Shown here: positions 29,352 through 38,139 of the stretch, in pieces
Numbering within the stretch: the first letter of the stretch is position 1
Layout: every line of letters begins with the position of its first letter
Source of the DNA: Clostridia bacterium
GTDB lineage: Bacteria; Bacillota; Clostridia; Oscillospirales; Acutalibacteraceae
Direction of reading: 5' to 3'
Assembly: GCA_017618135.1 (NCBI GenBank)
Contig: JAFZUV010000001.1
Coordinates: 1,627 to 65,626 of the forward strand
DNA length: 64,000 nt
The notes under the pieces: model-generated
Seen by the model: the letters and a program-made list of their open reading frames with translations, nothing else
Told to the model about the DNA's origin: nothing
The model's database searches: none
Program-made: the position numbers and the translations under genes

Positions 29352-30443
29352 GTGCAAGCAATGGCTGAAGAGAAGAACATTTCCTATAAATGCCCTGCCT
29401 GCGGCTCACCGCTCACATTCGACCCGGGCGGCAAGCTTAAATGCGGGGCGTGCGGAAACGAGTTCGATGTTGACGCGGTAAAAAGGTTTTCCGACGCGGA
29501 AAATTCAAGCCGCAATTTCGACTGGGGAGATTACAAAAAAGAATTCCAAAAAGGCAGTGAAAAATTAGAGAATACCCGCGTTTATGTTTGCAAATCCTGC
29601 GGCGCCGCGATTGAAACGGACGGTACTACCGCCGCTACACACTGCCCTTATTGCGATAATGAAGTGATTATAAGCGAGCAGCTGTCAGGTTCGATAAAGC
29701 CTAACGCGGTGATCCCGTTTTCGGTGGATAAGAATGCGGCCATAGATGCTGTTAAAAATCATTTCAAGGGCAAGAAACTTTTGCCCAATGATTTCGGCGC
29801 CACGCACAAGCTTGGCAGAATAACAGGAGTATATGTCCCCTTCTGGCTTTTTGATTCGGGTATTGACGGAAATATGAATCTTAACACCACGGATGTCCGT
29901 CATTACAGCGATTCAAAGTACAATTATACCGAGACCAAGCATTACCTTGTCACACTGGACGGCTCTATGCGGTTTTCAAGAATACCCGTTGACGGCAGTG
30001 AAAAGATGGATAACGACCTGATGGACGCGTTAGAGCCGTTTGACTATTCGGGGCTCACAGAGTTTAACCCGGCGTATCTTTCCGGCTTTTTGGCGGACAG
30101 ATTTGACGAGGACCCTGACGAGAGCCTGCCGCGCGCTTCCGCGCGTATGAACACCAGCGCCACCGAGGTTTTCTGCGGTTGCGCCTCGGAGTTTGACTCG
30201 GTCTCGGTGAAAAGCTCAAATTTAAGTCTGGTAGACCCCTCGGTAAAATATGTGCTTTTGCCGGTTTACCTGTTAAACCTGAGTTATAAGAACAAAAATT
30301 ACCGATTTGCGGTAAACGGTCAGACCGGTAAGGTGGTAGGCGAACTGCCGATAAGTAAGATAAAATCATTCCTGCATTTCAGCGCATTCTTCGCCGTAGC
30401 GGGGGCAATAGCCGGCGTTATAGCTCATTTTATTTTGAGGTGA
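29352..30443 (+). CDS. zinc-ribbon protein with C-terminal TM anchor (two CxxC...CxxC ribbons)
   Basis: CPACGSP...CGACGNEF and CKSCGAA...CPYCDNE. C-terminal hydrophobic FLHFSAFFAVAGAIAGVIAHFIL. Confidence 0.5.
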   Translation: MQAMAEEKNISYKCPACGSPLTFDPGGKLKCGACGNEFDVDAVKRFSDAENSSRNFDWGDYKKEFQKGSEKLENTRVYVCKSCGAAIETDGTTAATHCPYCDNEVIISEQLSGSIKPNAVIPFSVDKNAAIDAVKNHFKGKKLLPNDFGATHKLGRITGVYVPFWLFDSGIDGNMNLNTTDVRHYSDSKYNYTETKHYLVTLDGSMRFSRIPVDGSEKMDNDLMDALEPFDYSGLTEFNPAYLSGFLADRFDEDPDESLPRASARMNTSATEVFCGCASEFDSVSVKSSNLSLVDPSVKYVLLPVYLLNLSYKNKNYRFAVNGQTGKVVGELPISKIKSFLHFSAFFAVAGAIAGVIAHFILR

Positions 30444-30444
30444 G

Positions 30445-31362
30445 GTGGGAATGATGAAAAGATTTTTAACTGTTTTATTCAGTGCAATTTTAATTATGTC
30501 TTTCGTCTTGCCCGCCTTTGCGGAAAATATGCCTGACTGGTATTATAAAGGCGACCTTTCAGAGTTTTCGGATTTCCACGCTGAAAATCCGCCTCGTGTG
30601 GTGGATGACGCGGATATTTTCTCCGATGAGGAGGAAGCCGAGCTTAATAACCGCATAAATGAAGTTGTGGAAAATCTCGGTATCGGGTACGCGCTTTTTA
30701 CCGATAACAACAATCACGGGCTTTCGCCCGAAGAGTATTCTTCCGACTTTCTGCATTTCGGAGGATACGGCGTGGGTGACGGATACGGCGCAGTAGTATT
30801 TTATATCTCATTTGAAGAGGGCAACCGCTGCTGGCGCACCACCTCGATAAACTCTTATGAATCGATATTCACATCTTATGTAACGTTTCAGATAGATGAA
30901 ATGGTTGATGCTGACATCCGTGCGGGCAGATACTATGAAGCGTATTTAAAGCATATTGATTTTGTAGGCAAGCTGTTCGAGAACGGCGGAGAACTGACCG
31001 ATGAGCTGATTTACGCCGATTATGATGAATATGAGGCGAATTACTCCGCTGATTATTCGGATGACGACAAGGACAGTAATATTTTCACAACGATAGCGGC
31101 GGCGGTAGTAGTGGGCGCCATTGTCGGCGGAATGCATCTTGCGAGCTGTAAAAAAGCCATGAGGGTAGTGTCTCCGGTAGACGCGCACGAGTACCTTGTT
31201 AAGGGCAGCTTTGACCTTCGCGATAAGCAGGTTTATTATCTGTATTCCACGGTCACAAAGACCGAAAAGCAAAAATCGGGCGGTTCCTCGGGCGGAGGCT
31301 CGTCATATTCAAGCGGTTCCTCGTCCGGCGGCAGTTATTCTTCGGGCGGAAGAAGCTTTTGA
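30445..31362 (+). CDS. TPM-domain (TLP18.3/Psb32/MOLO-1 phosphatase-like, YgcG-type) secreted/membrane protein
   Basis: Signal peptide. TPM hallmark VVDDADIFSDEEEAELNNRINEV. TM AAAVVVGAIVGG. C-terminal Gly/Ser tail GGSSGGGSSYSSGSSSGGSYSSGGRSF. Confidence 0.65.
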   Translation: MGMMKRFLTVLFSAILIMSFVLPAFAENMPDWYYKGDLSEFSDFHAENPPRVVDDADIFSDEEEAELNNRINEVVENLGIGYALFTDNNNHGLSPEEYSSDFLHFGGYGVGDGYGAVVFYISFEEGNRCWRTTSINSYESIFTSYVTFQIDEMVDADIRAGRYYEAYLKHIDFVGKLFENGGELTDELIYADYDEYEANYSADYSDDDKDSNIFTTIAAAVVVGAIVGGMHLASCKKAMRVVSPVDAHEYLVKGSFDLRDKQVYYLYSTVTKTEKQKSGGSSGGGSSYSSGSSSGGSYSSGGRSF

Positions 31363-31402
31363 GTGTAAAATTAAAAATACATAAATATTTGGAGGAAGAA
31401 TT

Positions 31403-32599
31403 ATGGGACTTATTAAAGCAGGAATAGGCGCGCTCGGCGGCACTCTTGCCGACCAGTGGAAGGAATTTTTCTATTGTGACGCGTTGGACGCGAACACCCT
31501 CGTAACAAAGGGACAAAAGCGCACATCATCGCGTTCATCCAACACAAAGGGCAACGATAATATCATATCAAACGGTTCGGGCATCGCGGTTGCGGACGGT
31601 CAGTGTATGATAATCGTTGAACAGGGCAAAGTGGTGGAGTTTTGTGCGGAGCCGGGTCAGTTCACCTATGATACTTCAAGCGAACCGAGTATTTTTACCG
31701 GCAAGCTCGGCGATAGTCTCAAAGAGACTTTCAAGACTATCGGTAAGCGTTTCACTTTAGGCGGGGACACCGGCAAGGATCAGCGGGTATACTACTTTAA
31801 CACGAAGGAAATTATTGATAATAAATTCGGTACGCCTAATCCGATACCTTTCCGTGTGGTAGATAAGAACATCAATCTTGATATTGATGTTTCCGTACGC
31901 GCTTCGGGCGTTTATTCGTATAAAATTGCCGACCCGATGCTTTTTTACACCAATGTTTGCGGTAATGTTGAAGAGGAGTATTCAAGAGAGAATATTGACG
32001 CTCAGCTTAAAACAGAATTTATAAGCGCGCTTCAGCCGGCGTTCGGCAAGCTTTCGGCGTTAGGACTTCGTCCAAATGAGATAGTAACTCATAATACAGA
32101 GCTTGAGACCGCTATGAACGAGGAGCTTTCAAACAAGTGGCAGGAGCTTCGAGGACTTAAAGTCGTAACCGTTGCACTCGGCAGCGTTACGCTTCCCGAT
32201 GAGGACGCAGAGCTTATCAAAAACGCTCAGCACGCGGCTATACTTCGCGATCCCACCATGGCGGCGGCAACGCTTACCGGCGCTACCGCGGAAGCTATGA
32301 AAGCGGCGGCGGCAAATCAGAACGGTTCTATGGCAGGCTTTATGGGTATGGGTATGGCTATGAACGCGGCAGGCGGTATGGGCACTCAAAACCTTTACGC
32401 TATGGGCGCTCAGCAGAATGCTCAGAACGGGAACGCACAGACGGCGCCTGCGGGCGGCTGGACCTGTGAGTGCGGAACGGTCAATTCGGGCAACTTCTGC
32501 ACTAACTGCGGCAAACCCAAGAGTACAGGCTGGAAATGCGAGTGCGGCACCGATAATACAGGCAATTTCTGTACAAACTGCGGCAAGCCCAAGCAGTAA
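31403..32599 (+). CDS. SPFH-domain protein with two C-terminal zinc ribbons (so-called virion-core-protein family)
   Basis: N-term MGLIKAGIGALGGTLADQWKEFF is typical of this family. Duplicated GW(T/K)CECGT(V/D)N(S/T)GNFCTNCGKPK. Confidence 0.6.
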   Translation: MGLIKAGIGALGGTLADQWKEFFYCDALDANTLVTKGQKRTSSRSSNTKGNDNIISNGSGIAVADGQCMIIVEQGKVVEFCAEPGQFTYDTSSEPSIFTGKLGDSLKETFKTIGKRFTLGGDTGKDQRVYYFNTKEIIDNKFGTPNPIPFRVVDKNINLDIDVSVRASGVYSYKIADPMLFYTNVCGNVEEEYSRENIDAQLKTEFISALQPAFGKLSALGLRPNEIVTHNTELETAMNEELSNKWQELRGLKVVTVALGSVTLPDEDAELIKNAQHAAILRDPTMAAATLTGATAEAMKAAAANQNGSMAGFMGMGMAMNAAGGMGTQNLYAMGAQQNAQNGNAQTAPAGGWTCECGTVNSGNFCTNCGKPKSTGWKCECGTDNTGNFCTNCGKPKQ

Positions 32600-32719
32600 G
32601 CTTAAAAAGGCAATAGTATAATTAAAGAGCATCCACCGGCAAATGCCGGTGGATGTGTGCTTGAAATAATTTATTGTGTATGTTAAAATTAGTAAATAAG
32701 GTTTTAAGGAAGTGAAAAA

Positions 32720-34084
32720 ATGCCTGAAAGCACCATTGCGGCAATATCCACGCCTAAGGGTGAAGGTTCAATATCGGTTATAAGGATTTCCGGCGGTGGA
32801 GCAATAGCTGTAGCGGAAAAATGCTTTGTTGCGGCATCCGGTAAAAGGCTTTCGGATATGTCGGGTTACAGTGCCGCGTTCGGCGAGGTTGTAAGGCGGG
32901 ATAAGACGCATATTGACGAGGCGGTGGCATTGGTGTTCCGTGCCCCTAAAAGTTATACCGGCGAGGATGTTGTTGAACTATCCGTTCATGGAGGAATAGT
33001 TCCGGCAAGGGAGTGCCTTAAGTGCGTTTTTGCAGCCGGAGCTCGGTCGGCGGCGCCCGGTGAATTTACCAAAAGGGCCTTTTTAAACGGGAAAATTGAC
33101 CTTACCGAGGCGGAAAGCATTATGGAAATAATAGGTGCTAAAGGGGAGGCGGCGCTTAGCATTGCAAAGTCAGCCAAAGAGGGAAAAATAAGTCGTGATA
33201 TTGAAAAAATAACCGATAAACTGCTTTTTGCCGCGGCGAGTCTTGCCGCTTATTCCGATTTTCCGGAGGAGGATATTGAGGGGCTTGACGGTGAAAGCTT
33301 TATTAAAATGCTGAATGAATGTGAAGAGTCTCTTATTAAGCTTATTTCCGGTTTCGAGGCGGGACAAGCGGTACTTGCAGGTGTGCGCACCGCAATAGTA
33401 GGTAAGCCTAATGTAGGCAAATCGACTCTTATGAATATGCTGTCACGGCAGGAGCTTTCAATAGTAACGCCGCTTGCAGGCACCACGCGCGACATAATCG
33501 AAAAGCAGGTCAATATCGGTGATATTATCCTTTTACTTTCCGATACCGCCGGTATTCGTGACAGCGGTGATGTGATTGAGCATATAGGCGTTGAACGGGC
33601 AATCAAAAAGATTCAAAACTCTCAGCTTGTATTGGCGGTTTTTGATATTTCCCAACCGTTTGACGATGAGGATAAAAAGATAATGAACCTTTTAAAAAGC
33701 AAAAAATGCATAGCAGTTCTTAACAAATCCGATTTACCTCAGAAGGCGGATTTATCAGGGCTTGCGGGGTTTGATACCGTTTTGATTTCCGCCAAAAACA
33801 AAACGGGCTACAGTGAGCTTAGCAAGGAGATTTCAAAGGTGTGCGGAACCACGGGGTTATCGCCGGATGACGCAATACTTTTAAACGAGCGGCAGTATTC
33901 CTGCGCAACAAGGGCAAAAACAGCTTTAAGTGAAGCCAAAGAGGCTCTTACTTCGGGAATTACGCTTGACGCTGTGACGGTACTGATAGACGACGCTGTT
34001 AACGCCCTTTTAGAGCTTTCTGGCAAGAGGGCAAGTGAGAGCATTGTTAATGAGATATTTAAAAATTTCTGTATCGGTAAATAA
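32720..34084 (+). CDS. mnmE: tRNA modification GTPase MnmE
   Basis: G1 GKPNVGKSTLMN, G3 DTAGIR, NKSD. C-terminal ...FCIGK end. Confidence 0.9.
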   Translation: MPESTIAAISTPKGEGSISVIRISGGGAIAVAEKCFVAASGKRLSDMSGYSAAFGEVVRRDKTHIDEAVALVFRAPKSYTGEDVVELSVHGGIVPARECLKCVFAAGARSAAPGEFTKRAFLNGKIDLTEAESIMEIIGAKGEAALSIAKSAKEGKISRDIEKITDKLLFAAASLAAYSDFPEEDIEGLDGESFIKMLNECEESLIKLISGFEAGQAVLAGVRTAIVGKPNVGKSTLMNMLSRQELSIVTPLAGTTRDIIEKQVNIGDIILLLSDTAGIRDSGDVIEHIGVERAIKKIQNSQLVLAVFDISQPFDDEDKKIMNLLKSKKCIAVLNKSDLPQKADLSGLAGFDTVLISAKNKTGYSELSKEISKVCGTTGLSPDDAILLNERQYSCATRAKTALSEAKEALTSGITLDAVTVLIDDAVNALLELSGKRASESIVNEIFKNFCIGK

Positions 34085-34095
34085 GGGAAGAAAAA

Positions 34096-35958
34096 ATGAT
34101 TAAAACTTACGAAGCCGGAAAATATGATGTTGCCGTAATCGGCGGCGGCCACGCGGGAATTGAGGCGGCGCTTGCGGCGGCGAGGCTTGGCTGTAAAACT
34201 TTAATGTTTACCATAAGCCTTGATTGGATTGGCAATATGCCCTGCAATCCGTCTATAGGCGGTACGGCTAAGGGACATCTTGTCCGCGAGCTGGACGCCT
34301 TGGGCGGTGAGATGGGCAAGGCGGCGGACGCCACCACAATACAAAGCAGAATGTTAAACCGCGGCAAGGGGCCGGCGGTTTACTCGCTTCGCGCTCAGAT
34401 AGACCGCCGCGCTTACAGCGGATATATGAAAAACGCGGTGGAAAAGCAGGAAGGGCTTGATGTAAAGCAAGCTGAAGTGGTTACTTTAGAGAATAAAGGC
34501 GGTATATGGCGCCTTTATACACGGCTCGGCGCCGTATTTTCCGCGGATTGCGCAGTTATTGCCACCGGTACATTTTTAGGCGGCAGGGTATATATAGGTG
34601 AAGTCAATTACGAGAGCGGACCGGACGGTAATTTCCCTGCAACCAAGCTTGCAAAATGTCTTAAAGATATGAATTTACCGCTTCGTCGGTTTAAAACCGG
34701 TACACCCGCAAGGGTAGCAAAGGACAGTATAGATTTTTCAAAATTAGAAGTGCAAAACGGCGATTTAAAAACGGAACCGTTCAGCTATAAAACCAAAAAG
34801 CCGCCTGAAAACAAGGTGGTTTGTCATATCGGTTATACCAATGACAAAACAAAAGAAATAATACTTAAAAACCTGAATAGGTCGCCTTTGTATTCAGGCG
34901 TTATTGAGGGGATAGGTCCGAGGTATTGTCCGAGCATAGAGGATAAAATCGTTCGTTTTGCCGATAAAAAAAGACATCAGATGTTCATTGAGCCATGTGG
35001 TGAAGATACGGACGAAATGTATCTTCAGGGTATGTCGTCCTCGCTTCCTGAGGAGGTGCAGATAGCCTTTTACCGTACAATGGAAGGGCTGGAAAATGTA
35101 AAGGTTATGCGTAATGCCTATGCAATAGAATATGACTGCATAGACCCCACGGCGCTTACTTCTTCACTTGAAATTAAAGCGCAACCGGGACTTTTCGGCG
35201 CCGGTCAGTTTAACGGTTCTTCAGGCTATGAAGAGGCGGCTGCGCAGGGGTTAGTGGCCGGAATTAACGCCGCAAGAAAGGTTAAAGGTCAAGAGCCGTT
35301 AATTCTATCACGCACAGGCTCTTATATAGGTACGCTGATTGATGATCTTGTGACCAAGGGCTGTATGGATCCATACCGTATGATGACTTCGAGGAGTGAA
35401 TACAGGCTAATACTCCGTCAGGACAATGCTGACGAGCGGCTTATGCCAATAGGTCGCGAAATAGGGCTTATAGATGACGATACCTATAAAGAAACAGTTA
35501 AAAACACAGAGCTTAAGGAGCAGGAAATACAGAGGATAAAAGGGGTGTTTTTACCACCGAGCGAGGCGCTTAACGAACTGCTTGAAAAGAAAGGCACCGC
35601 TACTGTTAACACAGGCGCAAATCTTGCCGATTTAATAAAGAGACCGCAAATCTCTTATAAAGATTTAGCACCGTTTGACAGTACCAGACCGGTATTGCCT
35701 GACCGCGTTTGCGAAAAGGTGGAAACAGAAATAAAATACGAGGGTTATATAAACCGTCAGATAAGTCAGGTAGAGGAAATGAAGCGGCTCGAAAACAAAA
35801 AAATCCCCGAAGGGATAGACTATAACTCTATTACGGGACTGAGACTTGAGGCGAGAGAAAAGCTTAATAAAATACGGCCTGAGAGTATAGGCAGGGCGGC
35901 TCGAATATCAGGAGTAAGCCCGGCGGATATTTCGGTATTGCTTATTTATTTGGGATAG
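34096..35958 (+). CDS. mnmG: tRNA uridine 5-carboxymethylaminomethyl modification enzyme MnmG (GidA)
   Basis: FAD motif YDVAVIGGGHAGIEAALAAARLG. 620 aa with GidA C-terminal domain. Confidence 0.9.
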   Translation: MIKTYEAGKYDVAVIGGGHAGIEAALAAARLGCKTLMFTISLDWIGNMPCNPSIGGTAKGHLVRELDALGGEMGKAADATTIQSRMLNRGKGPAVYSLRAQIDRRAYSGYMKNAVEKQEGLDVKQAEVVTLENKGGIWRLYTRLGAVFSADCAVIATGTFLGGRVYIGEVNYESGPDGNFPATKLAKCLKDMNLPLRRFKTGTPARVAKDSIDFSKLEVQNGDLKTEPFSYKTKKPPENKVVCHIGYTNDKTKEIILKNLNRSPLYSGVIEGIGPRYCPSIEDKIVRFADKKRHQMFIEPCGEDTDEMYLQGMSSSLPEEVQIAFYRTMEGLENVKVMRNAYAIEYDCIDPTALTSSLEIKAQPGLFGAGQFNGSSGYEEAAAQGLVAGINAARKVKGQEPLILSRTGSYIGTLIDDLVTKGCMDPYRMMTSRSEYRLILRQDNADERLMPIGREIGLIDDDTYKETVKNTELKEQEIQRIKGVFLPPSEALNELLEKKGTATVNTGANLADLIKRPQISYKDLAPFDSTRPVLPDRVCEKVETEIKYEGYINRQISQVEEMKRLENKKIPEGIDYNSITGLRLEAREKLNKIRPESIGRAARISGVSPADISVLLIYLG

Positions 35959-35962
35959 AATA

Positions 35963-36003
35963 AAACTGTTGCCCGCAAGCAAACGCTTGCGGGCAACAGT
36001 TTT
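35963..36003. terminator. bidirectional intrinsic terminator
   Basis: AAAACTGTTGCCCGCAAGC-AAAC-GCTTGCGGGCAACAGTTTT. Confidence 0.7.
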
Positions 36004-36679
36004 AAATAACATAAAAGAAAATGCAAACGAATTGCAGAATACTGCCAAGAACTACAAATATATGAAATATCGAATGCATATACAAGTGAATTTTTTTGCC
36101 TGCAATCGCATAAAGAACTGAACCTAAGGTGTAGGATATGCCTCCGGCGAGAAGCCACCGGAATCCGGCGCATCCTAAGGCGTGGACAGTGGTTTTAAGC
36201 GGAAAGATTATGCACCATCCGAGTCCTATATAGCAAATCATTGAGAATACGGCATACTTTTTAAGGTCTATGGCATTAAGAGTTATGCCGAGAGCCGAAA
36301 ATCCCCATACTACACCGAAAATCACCCAGCTGAGAGTGGTATTCTCACGCCTCAGCGCAACAAGGGTGACAGGCGTGTATGTTCCGGCTATAAGCAGAAA
36401 AATTGTGCAATGGTCTATTACCTGCATAACCTTTTTTGCGGTTTCGGGTTTAAGTCCGTGATAAACGCTTGACATGGTATAAAGTATCACCATTGAAAAA
36501 CCGTAAATAAATGCGCTTACTATGCTGTATGCATCAAATTTTATAAACGCTTTTATTGTACAACAGACGAGGGCTGTTATTCCGAATACCCCGCCTACTA
36601 TGTGAGATACCATATTAAATATTTCTTCGCCTCTTGTATAATCGGGCAAAAGGCGATCCTTAAGCCTTATTCGTTTCAT
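36002..36679 (-). CDS. hemolysin III / PAQR family channel protein (YqfA-like)
   Basis: 7 TM, 225 aa. N-term EEIFNMVSHIVGGVFGI and C-term HIFHIFVVLGSILQF motifs characteristic of Hly-III. Confidence 0.75.
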   Translation of the reverse strand: MKRIRLKDRLLPDYTRGEEIFNMVSHIVGGVFGITALVCCTIKAFIKFDAYSIVSAFIYGFSMVILYTMSSVYHGLKPETAKKVMQVIDHCTIFLLIAGTYTPVTLVALRRENTTLSWVIFGVVWGFSALGITLNAIDLKKYAVFSMICYIGLGWCIIFPLKTTVHALGCAGFRWLLAGGISYTLGSVLYAIAGKKIHLYMHSIFHIFVVLGSILQFVCIFFYVI

Positions 36680-36816
36680 TTAACACCTCGGATTTTTTGT
36701 TATCTGATTATATTATGTGCAAGATTAAAAGTCACCCCACATCAAGGCGAAATCAGTCTACAAGACAGCTTCGCTAAAATAGAGTGACTTTTTTAATTTC
36801 CACTTACAGTAGAGTG

Positions 36817-38028
36817 CTATTTTTCAAGCAATATTTTCATTATATCCGGCCCGTGTTCAACAAAGACTCCGGTGCTGTTGGCTGACTGTTCGGTGAACGA
36901 CTCAACACCGGAAAATTGCTTCCGACTGTCATAAATCATAAAGGGCACCGGCTCGCTGCTATGGGTTTTTGTGGCTATGGGCGTAGGATGATCGGGCATT
37001 ACGAGAATGCGGTAGTCCTCTCCTGATGACTTTAAGTAATCGAGTATGGGAGAAAGCGCGCGTGAGTCAATATACTCAATGGATTTTATTTTGTTCTGCG
37101 CCTCTGCACGGTGACCGCATTCATCGGGCGCTTCAAAATGCATATACACCAAGTCGCAACCGCTCTTGAACGCATCAATGCCCGCATGTGCCTTGCCCTC
37201 GAAATTGGTGTCTATATAACCGGTTGCGCCCTCAACATCGGGCACTTTCATTCCGGCACATTTTCCTATGCCTTTAAGCAGGTCAACCGCACTTACAACA
37301 GCCGCTTTAACACCAAATTTTTTTTCGAAATTAACTATTGAAGGCTTTGTTCCCTCTCCCCAGAGCCATATTGAGTTGGCGGGGCGCAGACCTCTCTTTT
37401 CACGCTCGATATTTACAGGGTGATTTTTGAGAAAAGTATTACTTTCTTTCATAAGGGCAATAAACGGCGCGGCGTTTTTACTGCCGCTTAAGTGTTCTCC
37501 TATAACCTTTCCGCTTATGTCGTGCGGCGGCGTCATATTACCGAGATCTGTGGTGCCGTCGTTTACCACAAGGCAGTGGCGGTAACTGACGCCTGAATAG
37601 AATTTAAAGGGCGGCTTGCCCAGCTTTTCCTGAACGGTTTTAATAATCTCTGCGGCTTCGGCAGTGGAAATATCGCCTGCGCAGTAGTCTATCATCGTTT
37701 TGCTTTCGTACGGTTCATCATCCGATAGCGTAACAAGATTGCATCGAAGGGTAACATCACTGTCCTTAAGGTCAATGCCGATAGACGCCGCCTCTAATGG
37801 AGACCGACCGGTATAACAATCAAACGGATCATATCCCATTACGGATAAGTTTGCGACATCACTGCCGGGCTTCAGACCTTTTGCCACCGTGCGGCAGATA
37901 CCTACATAAGCGAGGCTTGCAAGCTTATCTATGTTTGGCTTGTTTGCGAGTTGCATAGGGGTTTTACCGTCGAGTTCAGCCACCGGAGTATCCGCCATGC
38001 CGTCACATAATAGAACTAAGTATTTCAT
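36817..38028 (-). CDS. apgM: cofactor-independent phosphoglycerate mutase, archaeal-type (ApgM)
   Basis: MKYLVLLCDGMADTP, metalloenzyme-superfamily motifs, HFEAPDECGH, MPDHPTP. Confidence 0.8.
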   Translation of the reverse strand: MKYLVLLCDGMADTPVAELDGKTPMQLANKPNIDKLASLAYVGICRTVAKGLKPGSDVANLSVMGYDPFDCYTGRSPLEAASIGIDLKDSDVTLRCNLVTLSDDEPYESKTMIDYCAGDISTAEAAEIIKTVQEKLGKPPFKFYSGVSYRHCLVVNDGTTDLGNMTPPHDISGKVIGEHLSGSKNAAPFIALMKESNTFLKNHPVNIEREKRGLRPANSIWLWGEGTKPSIVNFEKKFGVKAAVVSAVDLLKGIGKCAGMKVPDVEGATGYIDTNFEGKAHAGIDAFKSGCDLVYMHFEAPDECGHRAEAQNKIKSIEYIDSRALSPILDYLKSSGEDYRILVMPDHPTPIATKTHSSEPVPFMIYDSRKQFSGVESFTEQSANSTGVFVEHGPDIMKILLEK

Positions 38029-38139
38029 ACAATCAAACCTTTCTGACCCATATATAATAACACTAAAGCCCGGTTTAGTAAAGAAAAAACATTTAAATTT
38101 TAAGAGTTTTATGTTATACTCCTTTGGGGTGGTGAAAAA

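Noticed and set aside
30064-30369. 101-aa Arg/Pro-rich ORF on the minus strand
   Set aside because: Antisense to the zinc-ribbon protein gene. The low-complexity R/P composition is an artefact.
32129-32632. 167-aa minus-strand ORF and 67-aa plus-strand ORF overlapping the 3' end of the SPFH gene
   Set aside because: They coincide with the Gly/Ala/Met-rich and zinc-ribbon coding region of the SPFH gene, where alternative frames stay open by composition.
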